NCBI GenBank assembly: GCA_951406725.2
Contig: OX597819.1
Coordinates: 102,610,001-102,674,000, forward strand
From: Octopus vulgaris
Lineage: Eukaryota
Reading direction: 5' to 3'
Length of the DNA stretch: 64,000 bases
Under the pieces are notes generated by a model that searched no databases, was not told the origin of the DNA, and saw nothing but the letters and a program-made list of their open reading frames with translations. This document shows positions 13,952-26,854 of the stretch, piece by piece (position 1 is the stretch's first letter; every line of letters begins with the position of its first letter). The position numbers and the translations under genes were made by a program.

Positions 13952-13959
<8 letters not shown>
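13703..13959. mobile_element. Inverted pair of Penelope-like pLTR units inside (TA)n, forming a ~90 bp hairpin
   Basis: 13773-13862 and 13869-13959 are near-perfect reverse complements around a 6-nt loop (tctggc). (TA)n flanks both sides. Confidence 0.75.
13803..13865 (-). ncRNA. Type I hammerhead-ribozyme-like motif (CCGAAGA core variant)
   Basis: Minus strand: agataa CCGAAGA GATG..CATC t GAAA CTC a GAG TT ttatct, giving stem I (6 bp), core, stem II, GAAA, a minimal stem III and UH. Confidence 0.55.
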
Positions 13960-14021
<62 letters not shown>

Positions 14022-14037
14022 TACATATACGAAGGGC

Positions 14038-14075
<38 letters not shown>

Positions 14076-14149
14076 ACATATATATACGAAGGGCTATATA
14101 TGTATAACAAAGTGGAGTTGTAGGGTACCGCACGAGTGGAATTATATAC

Positions 14150-14245
14150 GAAAGGTTTGAAAATGCAATTTTAAAAGATGTTTATTTACTTTACCGGTTT
14201 CACTCTTTGGAAAAAGATTGTCAAAAGTAACATGTATAAGTTTGG
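14150..14245 (-). mobile_element. Penelope pLTR-like repeat with a degenerate hammerhead motif
   Basis: Minus strand: ttactt TTGACAA tcttt..aaaga gt GAAA CCGG TA aagtaa, followed by AATAAA. Confidence 0.55.
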
Positions 14246-14631
14246 TTGCGTTAATTATTGCAGTGATAGAATGGTGCGGCAAAGTTTCGGTCCTCTTTGA
14301 GGCCAGTCACTTTTTCCGCTAAATTCATTAATAATGCTACAATCTCGCATTTTCATTTGGAATATCTGTATGTATTTCTGAAAAACAAATGCACATTTCT
14401 ATTATATAAATTGCTACAGTTGCTCAAGAGTACGACATAAAGCTAAAGGATGTATTTCAAATTCTAGTTTCGTCTCTATGTAATCCGCCGCTCGCTTTAA
14501 AAATATCACCTGAGGCTTCGATGCCTTTAAAAGTGTCCGTACTTTTGCAAGCATTGGGACCATATTACTGGTTAAGGAACAACATATATACCTCCATACT
14601 ATCTCCTTCTCTCCACTCTCTGTCTCTATCT

Positions 14632-14866
<235 letters not shown>

Positions 14867-15571
14867 TTTTACATACACACGCAGACAAACACACACACCA
14901 GTTTTCAAGGCACTCTAAAGAGTCATACACAGTGTTTCTGCCCCTAAATGACTGATAATCTTTTTAATATATGATAGTAAACTACGAAAAGTTTAATTTT
15001 TTTCTTTCTATTAGATAATACATTTTGTGTTTCGTTAAGTATATCAATATGCCTTTCTGTATTGAACTCATTTGTTTTACAGTTGAAAATCAAAATTCTA
15101 TCACCAAAATTGAAATTTGAAAAAAAATCCAAACAAAAAAAATCAAAGAATGTCAATCGCAAAAAGAAATGTAAAAAAAAAAAACGCTTTTTTTTGTTTA
15201 AAAATATTTTAAAAACTTTTTTTAAACTTTCAGTTTTATTTCATTGATAATATGAGCAACGATGGAAAACACGAAGAGAAGTACAACAATAAAAAAAAAA
15301 AGACATTTTAAAAATTCAATATAAAGAAATTGAATAAATAACATAACATAACCAAACAGCTTCCATCTATTGTGTCTTAGGGGTGGATAAGGAAAGAAAT
15401 GATTTGCATGCTAAAAATTTGATTGAAACGAGAGGAAACGAGGAAAAAATTTCATGTTTTTGTAACATCTAAAAAGCAATGTTACACCCAAAAGCGCTTT
15501 TGTTCTAATTAAGTGCTTTAGTAAAAAAATTAATAAAATAATAACAACAACAACAATAATAATAATAATAT

Positions 15572-15648
<77 letters not shown>

Positions 15649-16802
15649 GTTATTATTATAGTGATAATGGTGATGTCAATGAAAGAAATTGGAAAGAGAA
15701 AGAAATGAAAGTATAAAGATAAACTGAAGAAGAAAATGTGGTGTGGGTGAATAAAGATAGAATTTAAGAAGAAAGAATAAACAGAAAGAATTCCAGAATG
15801 TTGGCAACACAGAAGGACAAGACTGATGGACAGGCAGGCTGGCAGACAGGCAGGCAGAAAGACAGGCAGGCAGGCAGAGAGCAGGAAATACTCAAGGAAA
15901 CGTTTAAAAAGACGCTCTTCGCGATAAAGAAATACACTTCTTGAAATTATTTGTACTTTGGCGTTTAATTCTTCCATTTATTTTGTTTTTCTTAGGGAAA
16001 TGATGGTGGTGGTGGCGATGGTGTTGGTGGTGGTGGTGATGGCAGTGGTGCTGGTGGTGATGGTGGTGTCGGTGGTGGTAGTGGTGGTGGTGGTGGTGTG
16101 GTAGTGGTGATAATTTTGGTGGTGTTAGCGGTAAAGGTGGTAGTAATAATGCGTTTAAGGTGCTAGCCCTGGTAATGTTGATATAGGTGATGATGGTGGT
16201 AATTTTGGTAGTGATGATGATTTATTCCAAGTGATGGTGGTGTTGGGGAAGCGGGGTGCTAAGGTGGCATTAATGATAGCAGAATTGTTAGTGACTGGTA
16301 GGTTTCAGGTTGTGGTGGGGGTGGAGGTGGGGGTGGTCGTCGTCGTAGTCGTCATCGTCGTCGTAGTGGTGATGTTGTTGAAGATTTTCGCGGCAACGGT
16401 GAGGTCCAGAGGTGGTGTTTGCAGTGATAATGATGGTGATGAGGTTTTACAGGTGATTTTGGTTGCTATTGTTGGTAAGTATGTGGGTGATCACGGTGGT
16501 ATATATTAGTAGCAGTAATAATGAACATGTTGTATCTGCATAATTGAGTTCCAAAATTGGTACAAGACAACAAATTTGGGAGAAGGTCTAGTTGATTAAT
16601 TTGATCCTTGTGCGTTGCTGGTACTCATTTTCTATTAGTTTCTCGGCGCCGGGCGGCTCAAAGTTAAAATCAACTTGGATGATATTTGAACTCGAAACCA
16701 AATACCATAATCCCGCTGCATTAATAACTGTACGAGCCGAAACACTTGATTTAATACTGTTCACCCATATATCTTTATACTCACATTATATGAAGTGTTT
16801 AA

Positions 16803-17003
16803 GGGGGCGAGCTGGCAGAAAGGTTAGCACACCGGGCGTGTTCCGTCTGTCTTTACATTCTGAGTTCAAATTCTACTAAGGTCCAGTGTGCCTTTCATCC
16901 TTTCGGGAGTCAATAAATTAAGTACCAGTTGCGTACTAGGGTCGATCTAATCGACTCCCCCCACCCTAAAAATTATGGGCTTTGTGCCTAGATTATAAAA
17001 GAA
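16803..17003 (+). mobile_element. SINE family B
   Basis: ggcgagctggcagaaaggttagcac...ctgagttcaaattc...gcctttcatcctttcggg. Confidence 0.88.
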
Positions 17004-17716
17004 TATATGTGGTATTTCTGTGTAAGAAGTTTTGGCAAGCAATCATAGCTAGATGAGTGATAATTCTGTAATCATCCCAACATGCTTACGATTAGACACG
17101 TGTCTTTACTTACATATTCATATATATGTGTGTGTATAAACATAAATGTATATATGTATTAATATATAACAAAATACATATGTATGTATATGTATATATA
17201 TATATATGTGTGTGTGTGTGTATATATATTCATCTATATAGAGATTTAAATTTACACATAATCGCACGCGCAGGCACGCACACTCACACACACGCACACA
17301 CACATACACACATTCATGTAGTATGTATGCATGCATATATGCTTGTATATATGTATGAACGTCTGTGTGTGTGTTCACAGTAATCATCTCTCTCCCCCCC
17401 TATCTCTCTCTCCCCTTAATTCCTCTTGGTTTTACTTTGTTATGCCTCTCATTGTTATAGAGATTACTTCGTCTCTTTCGTCTGTAATATCTCGCTTCTT
17501 TTTTTTTTTATCACCTTCTCTCTCTTTCCCCCAGCCTCACGTCTTCTCTCTGTCTCTATCTCGAAATATTTCTTCTTATAACTCCCATCACCACCACCAC
17601 CACCACCACTACCACCAGCATCAAAAATACTGCCAAGCACCGCTACCAGCAGCGTAATTTCATCTTTCATCTTTGCGGAACCCTACCTTAGTTATTCTCT
17701 CATTACATATACTCAC

Positions 17717-17830
17717 CTTAGCAGTCACGAAAGTAAGAAGCCATGGGCCAATTTGTAGAACAAAGAAATAAATCGCCGATCGGGTAGTAAAATCGACCCA
17801 AGCGCTGTTGGTTCGTGTCAGCGTGATTCC
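17717..17830 (-). CDS. Speculative 114-nt exon (phase 0/0), unknown product
   Basis: Non-repetitive sequence with a strong donor AAG|gtgagt and a weak acceptor cctag. Open frame GITLTRTNSAWVDFTTRSAIYFFVLQIGPWLLTFVTAK; no homology recognised. Confidence 0.2.
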
Positions 17831-18208
17831 CTAGGAGCTAATAATAACTCTCTATAGCTGCAATCAATTTTTACATCTTGCCATACATTCTCTCAACAGA
17901 CGTCGAGTTACTCAACTTAAAAACAAAATTAATTCCCCCCTAGTTCTATATTATGTTTACACACGTATTCTCACATGCTTACACATATATAAACGTATAT
18001 ATTGCTGCACACACGGGAGAAAAGTTAGAAACATTGTAACGCAAAAAGACAAAAACATGTGTACTGAAACAGAGGTACTGAAATACATATGAACACATAT
18101 CGTTCTGAGTGTATGTATACATGTATCTATGTATAAATACTCAACCCAGCCACCATATATTCATCTATCTATGTTTCTATCAATCTCTCTCTCTTTCTCT
18201 CTCTCTCT

Positions 18209-18256
<48 letters not shown>

Positions 18257-18347
18257 CAATGAGTATACTTATCAATTAATCAATCTATATTATATATCTT
18301 ATGTGTATATATACAAACGTACATAAGCACATATGTATGCATCCACG

Positions 18348-18410
<63 letters not shown>

Positions 18411-19177
18411 CATAGACACACGTACGCGGTATTTGATTTCATTTGTCTCCCGCCATTCAGAGCAATAATGCTATATCATTTATCGAAATTCACTGCTCTG
18501 TGTTTGCATTTTGGGGCCGTCGGATAGTCAAAGAGTGATGGTTCTCATTACTATTCTTTCTCTCTGTTTAATATATACGTGTGTTTGTGTGCACGTTTGT
18601 GTGTGTGTGTGTATGTGTGTCTGTGTGTGTAAGCATACACATACATATAATTATGTATGTATGTATATGCATACACACACACAGACACACAACAGAGCAC
18701 TGAGAAATAGAGTTAACTATATTTGCATTTATTCACGTATAAATGAGTTTTACATACCTAGACACGAAAGCCATGTGTATATATATACGATTGTGTATGT
18801 GTGTGTGCGCGTGTGTGCTCACACGTGCGTGTATTTATGTACGTATGTATATATATATATACCTATCATACATTAATACATGCATATGGGTATACGCTCA
18901 CACATGCAAATATAAAGACGTCAACTGCTATCGACGTAGAAGTATATGTACAAACACAATTACTGTACTAGTCTATTTCGGTTAATTTGATTCTATGGTT
19001 ATGAAAGCTTTGTATGAAACACAGGTTCATATACATGTGTCTCCATGTGAGTATATAATGATGAAAGTAGAATGGTGTAAGGCAAAATGTAAATGAAAGA
19101 TGAGTACTAATTGACACTCAATCAAAAATGTTGTAGAGTTCATATATAAATATATACATGCATATATATACATACAT

Positions 19178-19372
19178 GCGGCGAGCTGGGGTATTTCGTC
19201 TGTCGTTACGTTCTGAGTTCAAATTCCGCCGAGGTCGACTTTGCCTTTCATCCTTTCGGGGTCGATAAATAAAGTACCAGTTTCGCACTGGGGTCGATGT
19301 AATCGACTAAATCCCTTTGTCTATTCTTGTTTGTCCCCTCTATGTTTAGCCCCTTGTGGGTTGTAAAGAAAT
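19178..19372 (+). mobile_element. SINE family B with an internal deletion in the head
   Basis: gcggcgagctggg joins directly to gtatttcgtc; the rest is consensus-like up to gtaaagaaat. Confidence 0.9.
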
Positions 19373-19376
19373 ATAT

Positions 19377-19417
<41 letters not shown>

Positions 19418-19542
19418 TATATATATACAATCGCGTGCATATATATGAATGTACATGAAAACATGTATATTTACAAATACATACATACGTGCGTACGTAC
19501 TTAGATATATATATATATATTATATATATATATATATTATAT

Positions 19543-19656
<114 letters not shown>

Positions 19657-19905
19657 TTAAGGATGTTATCATCTGGAATGGACGCGAACACCTTTTCTCC
19701 ATATGATTAGCTTGAAAAATTGTTAAGAAATTATGATATTTTCTTAACATGAAACCAATGGTAGCTTTAATACTCAAATATATAAATTTTATCCACCAAT
19801 GCAGTGATGAGTACTTATTCTCATTGTTCAACATTTACGTATATATAGAGAGAGATAGAGAGAGAGAGATCAATCGAGTTTGATCCAAATTCGTTGATAC
19901 TCTTG

Positions 19906-19939
<34 letters not shown>

Positions 19940-20227
19940 TCCTCTGCATTCATAATACTAATATTGTTTCGAATATGCTTAACATAATATGCTGAGTATA
20001 ATTTGATTAGATATTAAAATATTTATAATTGAAAAGTTAATACTATACAGCGTCTCTATAGATGGGCATCGAATCTAATATTTTGTTCAAACTATGAAAT
20101 AAAATGACTGATAATTTGCTTAGCCAAAGTTTAATGTTAATCTGAAAGAGAATTGACACGGACATATGGAGGAACACTGTCGAAATTTGACCTTCTAATC
20201 TAACCAACTTTTCTCAATTTTTTTGTA

Positions 20228-20360
20228 CTTACTCTTTACTCTTTACTCTTTTACTCTTTGATTCGTTTCAGTCATTTGACTGTGACCATGCTGGAACACC
20301 GCCTTTAGTCGAGCAAATCGACCCCAGGACTTATTCTTTGTAAGCCTAGTACTTATTCTG
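20228..20360 (-). mobile_element. SINE family A 3' end with tandem (tactctt) tail
   Basis: tactctttactctttactctt...cagtcatttgactgtgaccatgctgg...gtaagcctagtacttattct. Confidence 0.88.
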
Positions 20361-20696
20361 TAAGGTAGAATATAATGAAAAAATATAAGGCAAAAAATTG
20401 AATTGAAGTATAATTAACATTTTGTCTTTTAATTAAGCTTAAATGATAGAGCTCAATTCGAGTAATTTCTTGGTATTAATCTCATGCAATGAAGTTTCAA
20501 AAGAAAACAGTTATGAGTGTTCGTTTCTCGAAGTTGAGGGTGATAATGTAGTACTATACTTTTTATTAATATAGTTCTATAAGGGGACTTTTATATATGT
20601 CACCAGCATCATTCAAGTAAGGAAAAATTATCAACGACACTGCTAATTGACACATTTGACACATTATTAAGTAGCATAAGCCTGGAAAAATCATGG

Positions 20697-21786
20697 ACTA
20701 CATGGGAAAATGCGAGCAATAGAAATAATATTTTTAAGATTATAAACCTGGAAAATTACAGGACAAATTATTACACTTGGAAAAGTTGAGGACAACTTAT
20801 TACATCTGGTAAAGTATAGAACAAGAAAATTTTTACTTAAAATATTACAGATAAAGATAATATTTGAATACTAAAAATTACAAAGTAACATTATAATTAA
20901 AAAAAGGTATTATCATTTTGTAGGGTGGTGAGTTGGCAGAATCGTTAGCACGCCGGGCTAAATGCTTAGCGGTATTTCGTCTGCCGTTACGTTCTGAGTT
21001 CAAATCTCACCGAGATCGATTTTGCCTTTCATCCTTTCGGGGCTCGATAAATTAAGTACCAGTTATGCATTGAAGTCGATATAATCGACTTAATCAGTTT
21101 GTCTGTCCTTGTTTGTCCTCTCTGTGTTTAGCCCCTTGCGGGTAGTAAAGAAATAGGTATTATCATTTTGTTAAAATATTGACACACTAAAATACTTAAA
21201 AAATGAGAACCAAAAGTACTAACATAGGTAAAGTTTTATGCAAAGTAGAATAGTGTATATGGTAGGCAAATTCATAATGTAAAAATCAGGATTTGACTCA
21301 AGATTAAAAATGTAAAGACTTGAGCAATAAATGAAGCAAATTTTACTGTAAATTTGTCGTTATAGGTATATTTTACTGTAATATATAACTAATTTTTGTA
21401 TTATTCCATTTATTTACTAACAAATTTTGTAACCTATTTTCAAAATTCTAATTATTAATTAATAATTGAAAAAATGAATTTTTTTAAAGCGAAAAAGTAT
21501 TTTGAGCTATTTTTAATTTTTAATAGAAGTAACAAGTAATAACAAATAGAAGTAATAACTTGTAATAAAATTATTAGTTTCAATAAAAGCTAATATTTTC
21601 TAAATCTAAATATTTTATTTGAAATGTTAACTTTAGCAGCAATATTTTAAGTAAAAATTCTTTTGTTGTGTTCATTACAAAATGTAATAAGTTGTCTTGA
21701 ACTTTTCCCAGTGTAATTACTTGTCCTGTAATTTTCCAGGTTTATAATCTTAAGAATATTATTTCCCGTGCTCGCATTTTTCCATG

Positions 21787-21789
<3 letters not shown>
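20697..21789. mobile_element. AT-rich foldback/MITE with ~180 bp terminal inverted repeats
   Basis: 20697-20875 (tacatgggaaaatgcgagc...tataaacctggaaaattacaggacaa...) is the reverse complement of 21610-21789. Confidence 0.8.
20922..21154 (+). mobile_element. SINE family B, full length, with 17-bp TSD
   Basis: The direct repeat aggtattatcattttgt occurs at 20905-20921 and 21155-21171. Confidence 0.95.
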
Positions 21790-21884
<95 letters not shown>

Positions 21885-22366
21885 GGGCCCTACTGAATGT
21901 ATGTTTTGTTTATTCTCTTATTAGGTGCGGGAACGAATCGGTAAAGAAAATACATTTTCAGACACGGAGTGTTAAAAGACACTGAATATCTCAAACCAAG
22001 CTAGGCAATTCGTCCCGTAGGTGAACGAGAACGGTGGATGTCGATATTTCGCTGTTACTTCTACTCCTCAGCATCATACGCCCAAGCCAATACGGTAGAA
22101 TCGGAATCACTGGTTTAAGGTATAAAAGCAGAATCTATGGGTTTAAGGTATATAATGCAGAATCTACTTCCTGATGTGCACAGGTAGGACAAAATTGAAT
22201 TTTGAATTATAAATACATATAATAATATATATATATATTGCTGATTTGCCATAATGAATTCGTGTATTTTGCACATGTACTTATTAGCAGCAACTTAAAC
22301 GGACTTCCTTCTGACACGTTCCCGCAAAGTCCTACAACATTAATGCATACGCGCCCAAATACAAAG

Positions 22367-22444
<78 letters not shown>

Positions 22445-22459
22445 ATAAATATACTCATA

Positions 22460-22843
22460 GGCGCAGGAATGGCCATGTGGTAAGAAGCTTGCTTCTCAAC
22501 CACACAGTTCCGGGTTCAGTCCCACTGCGTGGTACCTTCTACTATAGCCTCGGACTGATCAAATCTTCGAGAGTGGATTTGGTAGACGGAAACTGAAAGA
22601 ATCCCGTTGTATATATATATATATATATATACACATGATGTGTGTGTGAGTATGTCTGTTTGTTCCCCCGCCATCGCTGGACAACCGAAGTTGGTGCGGT
22701 TACGTCTCCATAAACTAGCGGATCGGCAAAAAAACCGACAAAATTAGTACTAGGCTTAACAAGAATAAGTCCTGGGGCCGATTCGTTCGCTTGAAAGGCA
22801 GTACTCCAGCATGACCGCAGTCAAATGACTGAAACAAATAAAA
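22460..22843 (+). mobile_element. SINE family A, full length
   Basis: A box tggccatgtgg, B box gggttcagtccc, internal (TA)/(TG) tract and consensus 3' end. Confidence 0.92.
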
Positions 22844-22879
22844 TAATGCATATAATAATCTTAATAACATTAATAATAA

Positions 22880-23250
22880 CGATTTCAAGTTTAGCGCAGG
22901 GCCAGCAGTTCTTTTGAAGGAGAAAAAGTTGATTTCATCAATTCCCGAGGGTAACTGGTATTTTATTTCATCGAATCCGAAAAGATGAAACACACAGTTG
23001 ACTCAGAACGTAAGAACAGAACAAATGCCGAAGGGTTGTTCTGTCTGGCATGATAACGATTCTGTGGTCTCGCCGATTCAATAATACTCCTACTGCTTTC
23101 AAATTTTGGCACAAGCCCAGCAATTTCAGGGTTGGGGCTATGTCGATTATATCGACCCCCATTGATCAACTGGTCCTTATTTTATTGACCAATCTCTAAA
23201 GGATGAAAGATAAACTCGACCTCCGTGGAATTTGAACTCGGAACGTAGTA
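22880..23250 (-). mobile_element. Two decayed SINE family B copies
   Basis: Repeated aactggt...ttattttat(c/t)gac...aaaggatgaaag...gaatttgaactc motifs. Confidence 0.75.
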
Positions 23251-23264
23251 ATAAATGTCGAGAC

Positions 23265-23800
23265 GCAGCTCCAGGCAGTGACTCTCGTGATCGGAAGTGT
23301 GAACCCACATGTTTTGTCCTGGTGTAAATAATGAGGTGCAGTATATAGAGATGTGCTTGTCAGTTGCTTGATTTTCCCCAGTTGAACATGTCCTTTTGTA
23401 GCTGACAATATGTGCATCTCTGAACATAGGCAGGAGTAGTGGAAAGCATCATAGCTAAGTGTCTGAAGAGAGAGAGAGAGAGAGAGAATTTCTTTGGGTT
23501 TTGAATAATTCACCCCTGGAATATGGGTGCTTATTTCATCGTCTTTAAACACGTTTTATTCAGGGATATTTTGTGCTGCATGGGGGTAATCGTTTAAATA
23601 ATAGATATTTCTACGAGTATCACACCTGCAAGTTCATGCGCTGTTTACCTAGATATGAGGTCACAATGTCGTGCGCATATGGTTGTGATACATGTGTTTG
23701 GTGTACCCTTATCAGACGCGTAGTCATGATGGTGGGATTTTGAACTTTGTGTAATGGTACTCCAGCGTCACTTTCTTGGGGGTGTGCTGCTCTCTCGCAC
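23265..23800 (+). mobile_element. Retroelement 3' region ending in (TAA)n (R4/Dong-like)
   Basis: Collinear diverged copy of 24187-24730, ending gctctctcgcacacaataataat. Confidence 0.7.
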
Positions 23801-23802
23801 AC

Positions 23803-23837
<35 letters not shown>

Positions 23838-23869
23838 CAACAACAACAAGAATAATAATAATAGTGATG

Positions 23870-23903
<34 letters not shown>

Positions 23904-23932
23904 CAACAACAACAAGAATAATAATAATAGTG

Positions 23933-23988
<56 letters not shown>

Positions 23989-24024
23989 TATTATTATTAT
24001 TATTATGGAAAGAATAATTATTAT

Positions 24025-24143
24025 GGAAAGAACACTTTCCATACAATAACCATCAGAGCATCACAACAAATCACAGCACATACCCAAGGCACACAGAGCT
24101 GCGCTCGGTAGTGAAGTGAAAGCACGCTATAAAAATAAAACTA

Positions 24144-24150
<7 letters not shown>
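24025..24150 (+). mobile_element. 3' end of a second (TAA)n-associated LINE
   Basis: ORF end ..RTLSIQ* and a ~100-nt UTR ending ctactgaataataat, embedded in (AAT)n. Confidence 0.55.
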
Positions 24151-24186
<36 letters not shown>

Positions 24187-24727
24187 GCAGTACCAGACAG
24201 TGGCTCTCATGGCTTCTGATCTTAACTAACTGGAAGTGTTATCATGTACATTATTTTGTCTTGGTATAAAAGATGGGCTACAGCAAATATTCTGCTCAAT
24301 ACTACAGATTTGCTTCTCAGTTGTTTAACCAGTTGAGCATGTCCCTTAGTGGCTGACGATATGTGCATCTCTGATCACAAGCAGAAGTAGTGGGGGAGCA
24401 TCATAGCCGTGTGTTGAAAGGAATTCTTGGAGGTTTGAATAATTCACCTTTGGAAACATGGGTGGTTCGTTCAACATCCTTAAACAATCTTTATTCAGGG
24501 ATCTTTTGAGCGGGATGGGCTACTTGACCAAAAGAAAATTCTAACTGGGCCCCACCTGCAAGGTTATGCGCTGTTTATCTTGATATGAGATCACTATGTC
24601 GCGCATATATTGTTCTGATGCATATGCCTGATGTACACTTATCAGACTTGGTAGTCATGATTGGAATACTGGGCTTCGTATATTTTACTCCAGTGTCATT
24701 TTGATGGCATGTGCTGCTCTCTCACTC

Positions 24728-24730
<3 letters not shown>
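24187..24730 (+). mobile_element. Retroelement 3' region flanked by (AAT)n on both sides
   Basis: Homologous to 23265-23800 and 45770-45942. Confidence 0.75.
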
Positions 24731-24783
<53 letters not shown>

Positions 24784-26087
24784 TTAGGAGGAGGATAATG
24801 ATTTCTTTTATTTGCCGCCAGCGTGAAGGATGAAGGGGACAATACAAAGACAGACATAAAATGTGGGGGTTTACATATCATGGAATGATAGAGAGAAAAA
24901 ATGAAAATATACACGGTATACATTAAAAGAAAGGAAGCATACATAGCATACAACACTTAGAAAAGTGAAAATAAATAATGATGACGATGATGATGATGAT
25001 GATGACGACAACGACGACAATGATGGTAATGATGATGATGATGATGATGATGAAATATAATGTGCACATAGTACATTGAGAATCGAAATGGTTACGTTCA
25101 TGCGCAATCTAAACATGTTCCGGCAGATTTAGAGTGAATATGTTAAATATGCTAATCACAGTTGCATTTCGTCTCCGGAGAAGTTTGCCTTTCAGACGAC
25201 ATATGTTGAAAACGCATTTGATTCCTTTGGGATACCGGTATTTCGACTTGCGTGTATCTTTTCAGTCAAAGTTAATCCCCGGGTCAGTATACTCTATAAG
25301 AATGAAAACTATGTCATACATATTTATACCTAGTACCATTCATTCATATCTGCTGGAATGTAGAGTCAAAAAAAAAAAAAAAAAGCAAGAAAAAGGACAT
25401 ACGCGTTCCATAGTTTTTGAGCGATCTGGTTTTGAAGGTTTGAAATATCTGAATTTTATACATTTAGAGAAAAGGAATAAATTCAATCTCGTTAATTAGT
25501 TTTGTGCCCTTAAGTTAATGCACACTTATTAATGAGTTATGCAAACGTTTAGAATTGCTAATCATGTATAGAAGAGGTATCACAGAATTAATCATTAATT
25601 TTTTGTGAGAAAATAATTAATTCTTTCTCTTTATATATATTGGAGTTTTCCATGTTTTTGTATTATATCACAGAACTGAAGTTGTCATAGCACAAGTTAG
25701 ATTTATTAATTTTTAGATCATCATTACCACGGAGAGGAACTTTATAACTAACTTGGAAGTGTGACTACGATTTGAAAAGTAGCTGAAAGCTACAGCGATA
25801 AAATGCCTGACTGTTACCAAAATGTGGAAGCCTATTGAAAATATTACAACCAGTTTATCCTATCCTGTCATTCCCTATCCTATCTCTTGATCATGTGGTC
25901 GATGGGGATAGTTATTGATGACGTTGCATTAGATTTCGCCGTTTCAGTCGCTCTTCTGCTGCTCTCTGGGAATCGACGAAATTCATTTAGTTTATGACCA
26001 TGAAAAATATCTATAGTAAAATATTATAGTACAAATATATAATATTATTGCTAAAGTATAGTAGTGTTTAGCAAGAAAAATATTGTA

Positions 26088-26763
26088 GGCATGGCTGTGT
26101 AGTTAAGAAGCTTTGCAACTAAGTGGTTTCAGGTTTCATTCCTCGGTGTGGCATCTTGGCTGAAGGACTTCAACTATAACCTCGAACTGACTAATTCCTT
26201 GTTAGAGGACAGAGGCTGTAAGGAAACCTGATGCGCTCACACGCACCCATACACACACACAAATTTATATATATATATAATAGGTAATATGATTCCAGAC
26301 TTACAGGGAAAAATTCAATTTAGTAATACCTAATCAAATTTCACAATATATAATACATGTATAATAATTAGAGAAGAACCACCATTTAGCAATTTCATAC
26401 CACATAGAAAAAAAATTAAGATACGATCGTACAGTTACCTAAAAGTAAATGAAGTACTAAGTAATAAATTGATAGTATATAATTAGTATATAATTACTAA
26501 TTATATACTACTTATTTATTATTTCGTATTTAATTTAGTTCTACGTAATTGTTTTAACGCATCTTAATTTTTTTCAATATGGTATGACTTAAGTATATCA
26601 TTGATGAATTGCTACATGATGGTTCTCCTCTAATTTATACACACACACTTACACACACACACTTACACTCACTCACACACACACACACTTACACTCACTC
26701 ACACACACACACACACACACACTTACACTCACTCACACACACACACACACACACTTACACTCA

Positions 26764-26854
<91 letters not shown>

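Noticed and set aside
13773-13959. microRNA precursor
   Set aside because: The stem is too long and too perfect, sits in (TA)n and carries repeat signatures; no known mature miRNA was recognised.
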